A stretch of 64,000 nucleotides of DNA, from positions 704,001 to 768,000 of the forward strand of contig JBKAGP010000001.1 of the NCBI GenBank assembly GCA_046290465.1, in the 5' to 3' direction. Position numbers and translations under genes: made by a program. The stretch is from Planctomycetota bacterium (GTDB taxonomy: Bacteria > Planctomycetota > UBA1135 > UBA2386). Below the pieces are notes generated by a model that was given only the letters and a program-made list of their open reading frames with translations, ran no database searches and had not been told where the DNA came from. Position 1 is the first letter of the stretch. Each line of letters starts with the position of its first letter. This document shows, in pieces, positions 1 to 9,210 of this stretch.

Positions 1-417
1 CGCCTGCAGCCGGGCCAGACCGTGGCGCTGACCGGCCAGATGGGCGCCGGCAAGACGACCTTCGTGCGCGGGCTGGCGCGCGGCCTCGACGTCGACGATC
101 CCGACGCCGTCAGCAGCCCGACCTACCTGCTGGTGGTCGAACACGACGGCGAGGTGCCGCTGCTGCACGCCGACGCGTATCTGCCGGCCAAGCTCGACGC
201 GTTCCTCGAGGACGGCGGCCTCGAATACCTGTTCGATCCGGCCAAGGTGGTCTGCGTCGAGTGGGCCGAGAACGTGCGCAAGCAGTTGCCGGAGAACACC
301 TTGTGGGTGGAGCTGGGGCACCGGGCCGAGCCTGGCCGATCGGTCCGGCTGCACCCCGCCGAAACGGGGGCCTTCCCGTGGCTTACGGAATTCCGGACGA
401 TCGTGGACCCGGACTGA
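1..417 (+). CDS. tsaE: tRNA threonylcarbamoyladenosine biosynthesis ATPase TsaE (5'-truncated by window)
   Basis: Frame open from base 1; GQMGAGKTT P-loop, SSPTY, HADAY and CVEWAE motifs of TsaE/YjeE. Confidence 0.92.
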   Translation, partial: RLQPGQTVALTGQMGAGKTTFVRGLARGLDVDDPDAVSSPTYLLVVEHDGEVPLLHADAYLPAKLDAFLEDGGLEYLFDPAKVVCVEWAENVRKQLPENTLWVELGHRAEPGRSVRLHPAETGAFPWLTEFRTIVDPD

Positions 418-440
418 ACCGGGCGGGGCCCGCAGCCGTT
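415..440 (+). promoter_or_regulatory. Putative ECF-type promoter (AAC-N17-CGTT) upstream of the ECF sigma gene
   Basis: tgAAC at 415-419, 17-nt spacer, CGTT at 437-440; this is the common ECF promoter geometry, and ECF genes are often autoregulated. Confidence 0.5.
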
Positions 441-463
441 CGCCACCGCGAGCCCTTTCTCCC

Positions 464-1114
464 GTGAAGAACAAGACCAAGAAGCAGGCGCCAGCGGAGG
501 TCTCCGACGACCTGCTGGCGCGGTACCAGGCAGGTGACGCCCAGGCGTTCCGCGAGCTGGTCGACAGCTACCGCGAACGCATGCTGCAGTTCTTCTTCCG
601 GCTCTGCTGGGATCGCGACCGCGCCGAGGACCTGACCCAGGAACTGTTCATCAAGCTGATGATGGGCAGCAAGCGCTACCGCCCCGAGGGCCGCATGTCG
701 ACGTTCGTCTACCGCGTCGCCACCAACCTCTGGATCGACCACTACCGGGCCCAGCGGCCGCGCCCGCGCTTCTTCTCGTTCGACCAGGTGGTGCACCCGG
801 ACGACGACCAGGCGCCGCGCCAGTACGCCAACGACGATCCGTCGCCGCACGAGCAGATGCAGGACGGCGAGGAGCGCGCCGCGATGCGCCGCGGCCTCGA
901 GCGGCTGACCGAGCCGCACCGCCTGGTGTTCGAACTGGCGGTCTACCAGGAGCGGCCCTACGGCGAGATCAGCGACCTGCTCGGCATTCCGGTCGGCACC
1001 GTCAAGTCGCGCATGCACAACGCCGTCAACGCGCTGAAGGAGATGATGGCGTCGCACCGCGAGGAGCAGGAAGGCCGCGACGACGACGCACGGCGGGTGG
1101 GGGGTGCGGGATGA
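464..1114 (+). CDS. ECF (sigma-70 group 4) RNA polymerase sigma factor
   Basis: Region 2 'AEDLTQELF', 'RVATNLWIDHYR'; region 4 'YGEISDLLGIPVGTVKSRMHNA'. Confidence 0.95.
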   Translation: MKNKTKKQAPAEVSDDLLARYQAGDAQAFRELVDSYRERMLQFFFRLCWDRDRAEDLTQELFIKLMMGSKRYRPEGRMSTFVYRVATNLWIDHYRAQRPRPRFFSFDQVVHPDDDQAPRQYANDDPSPHEQMQDGEERAAMRRGLERLTEPHRLVFELAVYQERPYGEISDLLGIPVGTVKSRMHNAVNALKEMMASHREEQEGRDDDARRVGGAG

Positions 1115-2625
1115 GCGACGAACCGTGGAACCCGATCGACCTGCTGCTCGAGCAGGGCAGCCGCGAGGAGCTGGACCGGATGCGCCAGCAGGTCGCCAAG
1201 GATCCGATGCGCGCGCTCGACCTCGCCGACACGGTGCAGTTCGTCGAGCAGTTCCGGCACCTGCGCACCGACGCGGGCCCGAAGATGGCCGGCAAGATGC
1301 AGGACGTGGTGCTGCAGGCGGACCGGTTCTGCCGCGCGCACCATCAGCCCAAGGGGCCGACCTGGCACCTGCCGCTGCTGTTCGGCGTCGCCGCGGCGGC
1401 GACGTTCTGGGCGCTCTGCTGGTTCGACGCGGCGTCGCTGTGGCGCGGCGAACCCGAGCGCAACTACGCCGACCTGGCCGAGGTGCCGCTGCCGCAGGCC
1501 GAGCGCGAACGCGGCGACGACCCGCGGATCGAGCCGGTCGTCGTCGAGGACGCCGACCACCTGTGGCGTGAGTCGGTGCGCGCGATCCAGCAGCGCCTGG
1601 CGATCGAGGAGAGCGAGCACCTGCGTTCGGCGTTCGAGCGCGGCCTGCGCGGCGAACGCGACGAGCTCGGTGGCTGGCTCGACCCGGCCAACGCGCTGAC
1701 GATGATGCGCCTGGGCCACGAGCTGCGCGCCAGCGCCGACCTGCGGGCCGCTGCGCTGCGCGAGCAGGGCGCGCTCGAGGAGGTCGACGGCCGCGTGCAG
1801 GAGCTGGCCGAGGAGCTCGCCGACGAGCTGATGCAGCGGCCGCTGGGCAGCGGCGAGCAGGCGCTCGCCGCCGACCTGGTCGACGTCGCCTGGGGCATGC
1901 GCGCACTGATCGGCGCGGGCTCGACCACCGTGCGCGTGCACGCCCTGCGCCGCTGTGGCGACTGGCTCGCCGAGACCCTGCCGGAGGTCCACGACGAACG
2001 GCTGGTGGTGGCGCTGTCGGGCCTGGTCGAGCTGGCCGCGATCAGTGGCCAGCACTTCGAGGAGGTCGCCGCGCACGGTCGACGCCTGATCGACGAGGTG
2101 CTCGAGGCCGACGAGGAGAACTGGCAGCGGCGCCGCCCGGCCCTGCTGTCGGGCAGCGTGCCGGCGCTGGTGCTGGGCGAGGCGGGCCGCGTGCTCGCGC
2201 ACCTGCCCGCGTTCGGGGTCGACGCGCAGCGCTGCACGCTGGTGCGGGAGCTGGTGCTCGGCCGCCTGCGCGAGCACCGCGCGCTCGGCCAGGATCGCCC
2301 CGAGGTGCTCGCCGCGATGGTCTACGGCTTCAGCGACCTGCTCGACGCCGGCCGCAACGAGCGCGATCGCCTCAACTGGACGCTGCAGCGCTGGAAGCCG
2401 GCGCGGCTGGCGCCCGACTACGCGACCGTGCAGCAGATCGCCTGGAGCCTGTCGCCCGGCACGCGCGGCCACACCCGCATGCAGCGCGAGCTGCGTCAGC
2501 TGGCGGTGCTGCCGGCTCCCGAACGGCTGCGCGATCGTGCGGCGTTCTGCCTGTGTCTGGCGACCAACTACGCCGGCTTCGTCGGCGGACTGATGCCCAA
2601 GGGGCGTCCCGTTCGCGGCAGCTGA
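1111..2625 (+). CDS. Putative membrane-anchored anti-sigma factor with large helical extracytoplasmic domain
   Basis: ATGA overlap with ECF sigma; about 85-aa N-terminal domain, one TM segment (LPLLFGVAAAATFWALCWF), then a long alpha-helical region. Confidence 0.6.
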   Translation: MSDEPWNPIDLLLEQGSREELDRMRQQVAKDPMRALDLADTVQFVEQFRHLRTDAGPKMAGKMQDVVLQADRFCRAHHQPKGPTWHLPLLFGVAAAATFWALCWFDAASLWRGEPERNYADLAEVPLPQAERERGDDPRIEPVVVEDADHLWRESVRAIQQRLAIEESEHLRSAFERGLRGERDELGGWLDPANALTMMRLGHELRASADLRAAALREQGALEEVDGRVQELAEELADELMQRPLGSGEQALAADLVDVAWGMRALIGAGSTTVRVHALRRCGDWLAETLPEVHDERLVVALSGLVELAAISGQHFEEVAAHGRRLIDEVLEADEENWQRRRPALLSGSVPALVLGEAGRVLAHLPAFGVDAQRCTLVRELVLGRLREHRALGQDRPEVLAAMVYGFSDLLDAGRNERDRLNWTLQRWKPARLAPDYATVQQIAWSLSPGTRGHTRMQRELRQLAVLPAPERLRDRAAFCLCLATNYAGFVGGLMPKGRPVRGS

Positions 2626-2676
2626 TCAGTTTTCGCTGGGTACCACCCTCAGGCTGCGGTTTAAACGTTCGTGCCT

Positions 2677-4347
2677 ATGTTGCAGCGGACGATGGTGCCT
2701 CGACTCGCCCTGACACTGCTCACGGCCGCCGCGCTCGGTGGCCTGACCCGCGCGCAGGAGCAGCAGCCGACGCCACGTGGTGGGGGCCAGCGGGGGGCCC
2801 AGCAGGAGTCCCAGCAGGACCGCAAGGCCGCTGCGCAGGGCGGCCAGCAGGCAGACAAGCAGGCAGGTAAGCAGGCAGGCAAGGTGCCGGTCGACCGCGA
2901 CGCCGAACAGCGCGGCGCGCCGATCAAGGAGATGACGCTCGAGGAGGCCCTGCTGCGCGGCCGCAACTCGAACGTCGGCATCAAGACGGCCGAGCTGCTG
3001 CCCGAGCAGGCGCGGCTCGACGTGATCTTTGCCGAGGCCGGCTTCCAGCCCGAGTTCTACGGTGGCGGCGGCTACTCGTCGTCGGAGAGCCCGCAGCGCA
3101 ACGCGTTCCAGCCGTCGGTCAAGTCCGAGACCATCGACGCCCAGATCGGTTGGCGCCAGCGCGTCATCACCGGCGGCCTGTTCGACCTGGCGTTCCAGCC
3201 GTCGCGCTTCGAGAGTGACGGCGGCGGCGGCTTCTTCCCGAGCCGCCAGTTCACCGCCAACTGGCAGGCGTCGTTCCGCCAGCCGCTGCTGCGCGGCGCG
3301 TGGAGCGACTTCAACCTCGCCGGGGTCACGTCGGCGCGCTACCGCCTGACGCAGGCGCACCACGACTTCGACCGCACGGTCCAGGACACGCTGCTGCAGA
3401 TCGTGCAGGCCTACTGGGAGCTGGTGTTCGCCCGCGAGAACTGGCGCGTGGTCGACAGCGCGCTCGGGGTCGCCGAGGAGCAGCTGCGCATCACCCTCGA
3501 ACGGATCCGCGTCGAGGAGCTGGCGCCGCGCGACCGCGTCGCCGACGAAGCCGAGGTCGCCCGCCGCCGCGAGGAGCTGATCACCGCCGAGAACACCATC
3601 CGGGATCGCGAGGACGACCTGCGCCGGCTGCTGTACGACGGCAGCGAGTCGCGCATCTGGCGCTACAACCTGCGACCGATCTCGCCGATCGCGGTCGAGC
3701 CCGGCGCGTCGTTCCCGGCGTTCGAGGACCTGGTCGAGATCGCGATGCAGAACCGGCCGGACCTGCGCGCGCTGCGCAGTTCGGTCGCCGCCGCCGAGGT
3801 CGCCGCGATGGAGGCCGAGCGCGACATCCTGCCGCAGCTCGACCTGGTCAGCAGCTACTCGTCGGACGGCGTCTCGTCGGACGACCCGGTGGGCGGCCAG
3901 AGCGGTGGCTTCCGGCGCGCGTTCCAGGATGCGACCGACCAGGAGTTCCCGGACTGGTCGGTGCGGCTCGAGTTCGCCATCCCGATCGGCAACCACGCGG
4001 CCCGTTCGAGGGCGCGTCGAGCCCAGCTCGAGGTCGAACGGCAGCGTCGCCAGCTGCACGGCGCGACGCTCGACGTGCAGAAGGAAGTGCGCGAGGCGCT
4101 GCGCCGCCTGCGCACGCTCGGCCAGAGCATCCGCGCGACCCAGGAGTCGGTGCGGCTGGCAGAGACCAACCTCGAGACCGAACAGGTCAAGCAGCGCGTC
4201 GGCGCCTCGACCGCGTTCGAGGTGCAGCGCCGGAACCAGGAGTTGCGCGAGGCCCGCAGCCGTCTTCTGCGGAACCAGCTCGACTACCGCACCGCCGAGA
4301 GCCGATTGCTCTATGTGCAGGGCCTGCTGCAAGCCGAGCCGCGCTGA
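2677..4347 (+). CDS. TolC-family outer membrane efflux protein
   Basis: Signal peptide; 'MTLEEAL', 'QPLLRGA', 'VQAYWEL', 'RPDL', 'LPQLDL', 'IPIGN' typical of two OEP repeats. Confidence 0.88.
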   Translation: MLQRTMVPRLALTLLTAAALGGLTRAQEQQPTPRGGGQRGAQQESQQDRKAAAQGGQQADKQAGKQAGKVPVDRDAEQRGAPIKEMTLEEALLRGRNSNVGIKTAELLPEQARLDVIFAEAGFQPEFYGGGGYSSSESPQRNAFQPSVKSETIDAQIGWRQRVITGGLFDLAFQPSRFESDGGGGFFPSRQFTANWQASFRQPLLRGAWSDFNLAGVTSARYRLTQAHHDFDRTVQDTLLQIVQAYWELVFARENWRVVDSALGVAEEQLRITLERIRVEELAPRDRVADEAEVARRREELITAENTIRDREDDLRRLLYDGSESRIWRYNLRPISPIAVEPGASFPAFEDLVEIAMQNRPDLRALRSSVAAAEVAAMEAERDILPQLDLVSSYSSDGVSSDDPVGGQSGGFRRAFQDATDQEFPDWSVRLEFAIPIGNHAARSRARRAQLEVERQRRQLHGATLDVQKEVREALRRLRTLGQSIRATQESVRLAETNLETEQVKQRVGASTAFEVQRRNQELREARSRLLRNQLDYRTAESRLLYVQGLLQAEPR

Positions 4348-4403
4348 GCGTTTGCGCACGGCGGCGAGGCGGTGACGCGGCGGCCCGCCGTGACTACAAC
4401 CCG

Positions 4404-6125
4404 ATGATGCCGACTTCCACGCTCCGTTCGTCCTTCCTGCTGCATGCCGTGACGCCGCTGCTGGCGGCCTGTTGGGCATCGCTGGCGGCGCCGCTGGCAG
4501 CACAGGAGCGGGCGGCGGCGCAGGATCCGCAGGCCAACCCGTACAAGCTCGAGCCGTTCGAGCCCGGCTTCCCGGTCAAGCTCGACTACCCGCGCATGGT
4601 CGGCCTCGAGTACTCGCGGACCCGCCGCCAGGCGCTGCAGCGGCTCGCCAGCAACCTGCAGGGCAACACCAGCCGCGAGACCTGGCAGCTGGCGACCGAG
4701 TTCTTCTGGCGGGCGCCCGAGGACGCGGGCGACCCGCTGATCGAGGCGATGGACCGCGCGATGAGCAACCCGGCGCTCGGCGACGTGGTGCGCAACTGCG
4801 TCGAGGCGATGGGCAAGGCCCGCAACGACGAGTTCGACGCGGCGCTGCGCCGCGCGGTGCAGCACAAGAGCGACGGCGTGCGCCAGGCCGCCTACGTGGC
4901 GCTGGCGTCGTCGGGATCGCAGCAGACGCTGCGCCGGCTCGCCGGCGACTTCACGATCATGACCGGCCGCGGCCGCGAAGCCTGGCTGCGCGGCGTGCGG
5001 CTGCGGCTGCCCGAGCAGCGCGTGCAGCTGCTGCGGCAGATGATGGTCGCGGACTTCCCGACGCGCGTGCGCGACCAGGTGCTCAAGGAGGCCGCGCAGC
5101 TGCCGGTCAAGGAAGCGGCTGAAGTGCTGCGGCCGCGCTGGGGCACGGCGGTCGACCAGTTCAAGGCGATCGTCGCCGGCGTGCTGCACGCCAACGGCGA
5201 AGCCGCCGGCACCGCCTACCTGCGCGACGCGATGCTCAGCGAGAACCTCGATGAGGTCACCTGGGCGGTGCGGCACTGCGCGTTCGGTCCCGATCCCGAC
5301 GCCGCGATCGGCGACCTGCGCGAAGTGCTGCTGCGGCTGTCGACGCACCTGCGCCCGGAGATCCGGCTCGAGGTCGCCAAGCAGCTGACCCGCATCGACG
5401 GCGACGACGTCGCCGACGTCTTCGAGGTGATGACGGCGCCGGACGAGATCTGGGAGATCCGCGCGCTGGCGACGCGCGAGCTGACCCGGCGCGGCCGCGG
5501 CCAGCTGGTGTCGGTGCTGCTCGAGGAGCTGCCGACGGCCACCGGGACCCGCCTGCAGGCGATCATCAACCAGCTGTCCGCCAGCGGGGACCCGCGCGCC
5601 GTGCCGGTGCTGGTCGAACGCTTCGAGAAGGCTCCCGAGGGCCAGGGCCGCCCGTTCGTGCAGGCGATCGCGCAGAACGGCAGCGACGCCGCCGCAGAGG
5701 CGCTGTTCGACCTGTTCGCGGGCCCGGAGAAGCTGGTGACGCGCAGCGACGACAACCCGCTGACGACGCGCAGCTACCTGCCGACGCTGTTCCTGAACCT
5801 TCGCGGCAGCGAGCACGTGATCGTCGACCGGTTCCTGAAGCTGCCGAAGGAGCAGTGGGAGCTGCGCGCGCGGGTCATGGGCACGATCACCGGCTACGCC
5901 GCCGACCGCCGGCAGGATCAGGAGCTGGTCGAGAAATGCGTCGAGCCGGTGCGCAAGGTCCTGTTCGACCAGAGCGAGCTGCCGCAGCTGCGGGTGCTGG
6001 CGCTCAACCTGCTGACGCGCAACTGGCTGACGATCGACGACGCGATGCGGCTGAAGCGGATGATCCGCAAGGAGCAGCCGGGCCTGCGCGGGCTGTTCGC
6101 GGACTTCCTCAACAATGCGTTTTGA
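4404..6125 (+). CDS. Secreted HEAT-repeat protein
   Basis: Signal peptide ending PLAA-Q; HEAT-like units (VRQAAYVALA, IRLEVAKQL, DPRAVPVLVE); ORF-track upstream extension is a TolC shadow. Confidence 0.7.
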   Translation: MMPTSTLRSSFLLHAVTPLLAACWASLAAPLAAQERAAAQDPQANPYKLEPFEPGFPVKLDYPRMVGLEYSRTRRQALQRLASNLQGNTSRETWQLATEFFWRAPEDAGDPLIEAMDRAMSNPALGDVVRNCVEAMGKARNDEFDAALRRAVQHKSDGVRQAAYVALASSGSQQTLRRLAGDFTIMTGRGREAWLRGVRLRLPEQRVQLLRQMMVADFPTRVRDQVLKEAAQLPVKEAAEVLRPRWGTAVDQFKAIVAGVLHANGEAAGTAYLRDAMLSENLDEVTWAVRHCAFGPDPDAAIGDLREVLLRLSTHLRPEIRLEVAKQLTRIDGDDVADVFEVMTAPDEIWEIRALATRELTRRGRGQLVSVLLEELPTATGTRLQAIINQLSASGDPRAVPVLVERFEKAPEGQGRPFVQAIAQNGSDAAAEALFDLFAGPEKLVTRSDDNPLTTRSYLPTLFLNLRGSEHVIVDRFLKLPKEQWELRARVMGTITGYAADRRQDQELVEKCVEPVRKVLFDQSELPQLRVLALNLLTRNWLTIDDAMRLKRMIRKEQPGLRGLFADFLNNAF

Positions 6126-6214
6126 TCGGGGCGTTTTGATCGGGGCGTTTTGATCGGGGCGTTCTAATCGGGGCGTCTTGATCGGGGCGTTTGGATCGGG
6201 GCGTTCTGATCAGG
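6117..6214. repeat. Seven tandem copies of a 14-bp unit GCGTTTTGATCGGG
   Basis: Three perfect copies then four with 1-2 substitutions; first copy contains the upstream gene's GCG TTT TGA end. Confidence 0.95.
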
Positions 6215-6244
6215 GACGGCCTGCCGGGCGCTCCGCCGGCGCGT

Positions 6245-6868
6245 TCAGAAGACGAGCCAGCGCTCGCTGTCCTGCCCGGGATAGTGCGACGAACGGCGGC
6301 TGCCGAGGCCCGGACGGCGGTGTGGGGCGCCGGGCTTCGGTCGCTTTTCGCCGAAGCCGGAGTACTTCGCCCGCAGGTTACGGGTGTAGGCGCGCGCGGC
6401 GTTCTCGGGATAGAAGAACGCGCAGTGGCCCGGGCCGATCGCGCTGCGCGGCCACGCGATCACCTCGACGGCCGCCATCGTGTGGCGCCCCGGCTGCTGG
6501 GTGACGTCGGGCGGCGACTCCGCTAGCTGGAACGCGTAGTGCTTGTTGGTCAGGCACAGCAGCGTGCCTTCGGGCGGCGGCTCGACCCGTTCGAGGTCCT
6601 TGGTGTGCTCGCCGCGGCTGTCGGCGAGCGCCAGGAAGCGCGCCTGGATCGACAGCAGGTCGGCCTCGTCGAGCGGCAGGTCGAAGCCGCTGCTGGCGTC
6701 GAGCAGCGCTTCGGCGAGGCCGTTGGCGCGGCGTTCGATGCGGGCCGTGCGCGACGCGCTCAGCCACGGGATCCACAGGCTGAACGCGAGCAGCAACAGA
6801 CCGATGGTCGTGTACCACCCGGCCGGGTTCGCCCACCGTGACCGCCGCCATTCCGTCGTCGTCGCCAT
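6245..6868 (-). CDS. Hypothetical protein with N-terminal membrane anchor
   Basis: MATTTEW... start at 6868; hydrophobic segment IGLLLLAFSLWIPWL; coding-like composition. Confidence 0.65.
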   Translation of the reverse strand: MATTTEWRRSRWANPAGWYTTIGLLLLAFSLWIPWLSASRTARIERRANGLAEALLDASSGFDLPLDEADLLSIQARFLALADSRGEHTKDLERVEPPPEGTLLCLTNKHYAFQLAESPPDVTQQPGRHTMAAVEVIAWPRSAIGPGHCAFFYPENAARAYTRNLRAKYSGFGEKRPKPGAPHRRPGLGSRRSSHYPGQDSERWLVF

Positions 6869-6899
6869 GCCGCCTCGGCCGGTAGTATCCTCGTTTCCG

Positions 6900-8258
6900 A
6901 TGCAGGTGACCAGGATCGAACTGCCGCCACCGCCGCCGCCGGTCGCCGAATGCCTGCGGCGCCTCGCTGCGGCCAACGGACGTGGCTGGATCGTCGGTGG
7001 AGCGGTGCGCGACCTGCTGCAGGGCAGGCCGCCGCGCGACTTCGACCTCGCCACCGACCTGCTGCCGGAAGCCGTCGCCGCGGCGATGCCGGACGCCGAC
7101 CTGCGCGAGGCGCGCTTCGGCACCTGCCGGACGACGATCGATGGTGCCGAGTGCACGATCACGACGCTGCGCGCCGAGGCGGGCTACGCCGACCAGCGAC
7201 ATCCGGATGAGGTCGCGTTCGTGACCGAACCCGACCGCGACGCCGCGCGCCGCGACTTCACCGTCAACGCGCTCTACTACGATCCGCTCACGGGCCAGCT
7301 GTACGACCCGTGCGGTGGTCGCGCCGACCTCGACGCCGGCCTGCTGCGCTGCATCGGGGACCCGGTCACGCGGTTGCAGGAGGACCCGCTGCGGCTGCTG
7401 CGGCTGGTGCGGTTCGCGGCCAGCGCCGAGCTCGAGCTCGACCCGGCGACGCGCGCGGCGGCGATCGCGACCGCTGCGGGTGTCGCGTCGCTGTCGGCCG
7501 AGCGCAGCTACGCGGAGCTGACCGACATGTTCACCGGGGCGGGGCGCGGTCGCGCGCTGCGGCTGCTGGTCGAGCTGGGCCTCGCCGCGCACGTGCTGCC
7601 CGAATGCGCCGCGATGGACGGCGTCGAGCAGCCGCCGGAATACCACCCGGAGGGGGACGTGCTGACCCATGTCTGCCTGGTGCTGGACCAGTGCCCCGAG
7701 GGCGACGAGGTGCTCGCCTGGAGCGCGGTGCTGCACGACGTCGGCAAGCCGCCGACGTTCCGGGTCGCCGAGGACCGCATCCGCTTCGATGGCCACGACA
7801 CGCTGTCGGCGCGCATGGCCGACGACGTGCTGCGCCGCCTGCGCGCCCCGAAATCGGTGCGCGAGGCGGTCGTCGACGTGTGCCTGCACCACATCCGGTT
7901 CGCGTCGCTGCCGCAGATGCGGCCGGCGCGCGCCGAACGGTGGATGCGCGAGCCGGGGTTCGTGCAGCACCTGCAGTTCCACCGCGCGGATTGCCTCGGC
8001 AGCCATGGCAAGCTCGACATCCACGACTTCGCCAAGCAACGGCTGGCGGCGTTGCCGCCGCTGCGCGAGCCGCTGCTGCAGGGGCGCGACGCGCTGGCGC
8101 TCGGGATCCCGCGCGGCCCGCAGGTCGGCGCGCTGCTGCGGCAGGTGCAGGCCGAGATCGACGAACGTCCCACGCCAACGACGCGAGAGCAGGCGCTGGT
8201 CCTGCTTCGGGACGCGGCCAGGCGCCTGCTTCAAGGCGACGACGACGGCGCTCGATAG
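6900..8258 (+). CDS. cca: CCA tRNA nucleotidyltransferase / poly(A) polymerase family with HD domain
   Basis: GGAVRDLL, DFDLAT, RRDFTVNAL, EDPLRLLR motifs; HD motif VLHDVGKP. Confidence 0.9.
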   Translation: MQVTRIELPPPPPPVAECLRRLAAANGRGWIVGGAVRDLLQGRPPRDFDLATDLLPEAVAAAMPDADLREARFGTCRTTIDGAECTITTLRAEAGYADQRHPDEVAFVTEPDRDAARRDFTVNALYYDPLTGQLYDPCGGRADLDAGLLRCIGDPVTRLQEDPLRLLRLVRFAASAELELDPATRAAAIATAAGVASLSAERSYAELTDMFTGAGRGRALRLLVELGLAAHVLPECAAMDGVEQPPEYHPEGDVLTHVCLVLDQCPEGDEVLAWSAVLHDVGKPPTFRVAEDRIRFDGHDTLSARMADDVLRRLRAPKSVREAVVDVCLHHIRFASLPQMRPARAERWMREPGFVQHLQFHRADCLGSHGKLDIHDFAKQRLAALPPLREPLLQGRDALALGIPRGPQVGALLRQVQAEIDERPTPTTREQALVLLRDAARRLLQGDDDGAR

Positions 8259-8300
8259 TTCCTGCCACGCGGGGCCATCGAGCCCTGCGGGAGGAGACCG

Positions 8301-9173
8301 ATGCTGCGCCAACCTACCGACGAATTCGACGCTTTCCGACGCGACCGCAAGAAGGTGCAGGCCAAGCTCGGACCCCAGAACAGCGTGCTGGGTTACGAGA
8401 ACCAGGCGCTGCGCGAACTCGAGCAGGTCGAGGCCCGCGAGGTGCGGGAGCAGCAGCTCTCACGCGAGGTGCACGACTTCTTCGCCGCGGCGACCAAGCA
8501 GGCGGCGTCGATCGTCGAGAAGGTCTCGCACGACGCCGAGCAGGAAGCCGACACGCGCCTGCAGGTCGAGATGCAGAGCTTCCTGATGGAGTCGCTGACG
8601 CGGATGAACAACTTCATCGTCAGCGCGATGAACAAGCGCCAGAACGTCAACGTCGCCGAGGCGCAGGTCGAGCCCGACCTCAAGCACATCGTCGGCCCGG
8701 ACCTCGACGGCTTCCGCTACGAGGGCACGCCCGAGGCGCGCGACGCGCACATCGGCCAGGACCCGTTCGCCACCGCGGTCGAGGACGTGCAGGCCGAGTT
8801 CCGCCAGGTCATGAACGAGATGGACGGGCTCGAGGCGGAGGCAGCGCCGATCGAGGACCACCTGGTCGCCGAGACCGTCGAGATGGAGGACGAGGAAGCG
8901 GCGCCGGTGGCCGAGCAGCGGCGCGCGCCGGTGCCCCAGCAGGAGCCCCAGCAGGCACCCCGGCAGGCGCCCGCGCCCGCGGCCCCCGAAACCCACAGCG
9001 AACTCGTCGACGAGCAGATCGAGGACGACGAGCCGGCGCCGAGCATCGAAGAGGAGCTCGAGACGTTCAAGAACGCCCTGAAGGCGCTGGTGCGCCAGGG
9101 CGTGATGCAGCGCGAAGAGGCGCGCGCGGCCTGGAACGCGCGCCTGGTCGCGCTCGGTCGCGCGCCGCAGTAG
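8301..9173 (+). CDS. Hypothetical protein (N-terminal coiled coil, acidic/Pro-rich linker, C-terminal helix)
   Basis: GAGGAG SD before ATG; strong GC3 bias. Confidence 0.8.
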   Translation: MLRQPTDEFDAFRRDRKKVQAKLGPQNSVLGYENQALRELEQVEAREVREQQLSREVHDFFAAATKQAASIVEKVSHDAEQEADTRLQVEMQSFLMESLTRMNNFIVSAMNKRQNVNVAEAQVEPDLKHIVGPDLDGFRYEGTPEARDAHIGQDPFATAVEDVQAEFRQVMNEMDGLEAEAAPIEDHLVAETVEMEDEEAAPVAEQRRAPVPQQEPQQAPRQAPAPAAPETHSELVDEQIEDDEPAPSIEEELETFKNALKALVRQGVMQREEARAAWNARLVALGRAPQ

Positions 9174-9210
9174 CCGGCTGCAGCGGCCCGTCGGCTGGCG
9201 CAGGTCGGCC

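Noticed and set aside
3300..4403. N-terminal extension making the HEAT protein 941 aa
   Set aside because: It overlaps TolC out of frame. The signal peptide begins at 4404/4407.
6117..6214. Possible CRISPR array
   Set aside because: The 14-bp units are contiguous with no spacers, and no cas genes are in the window.
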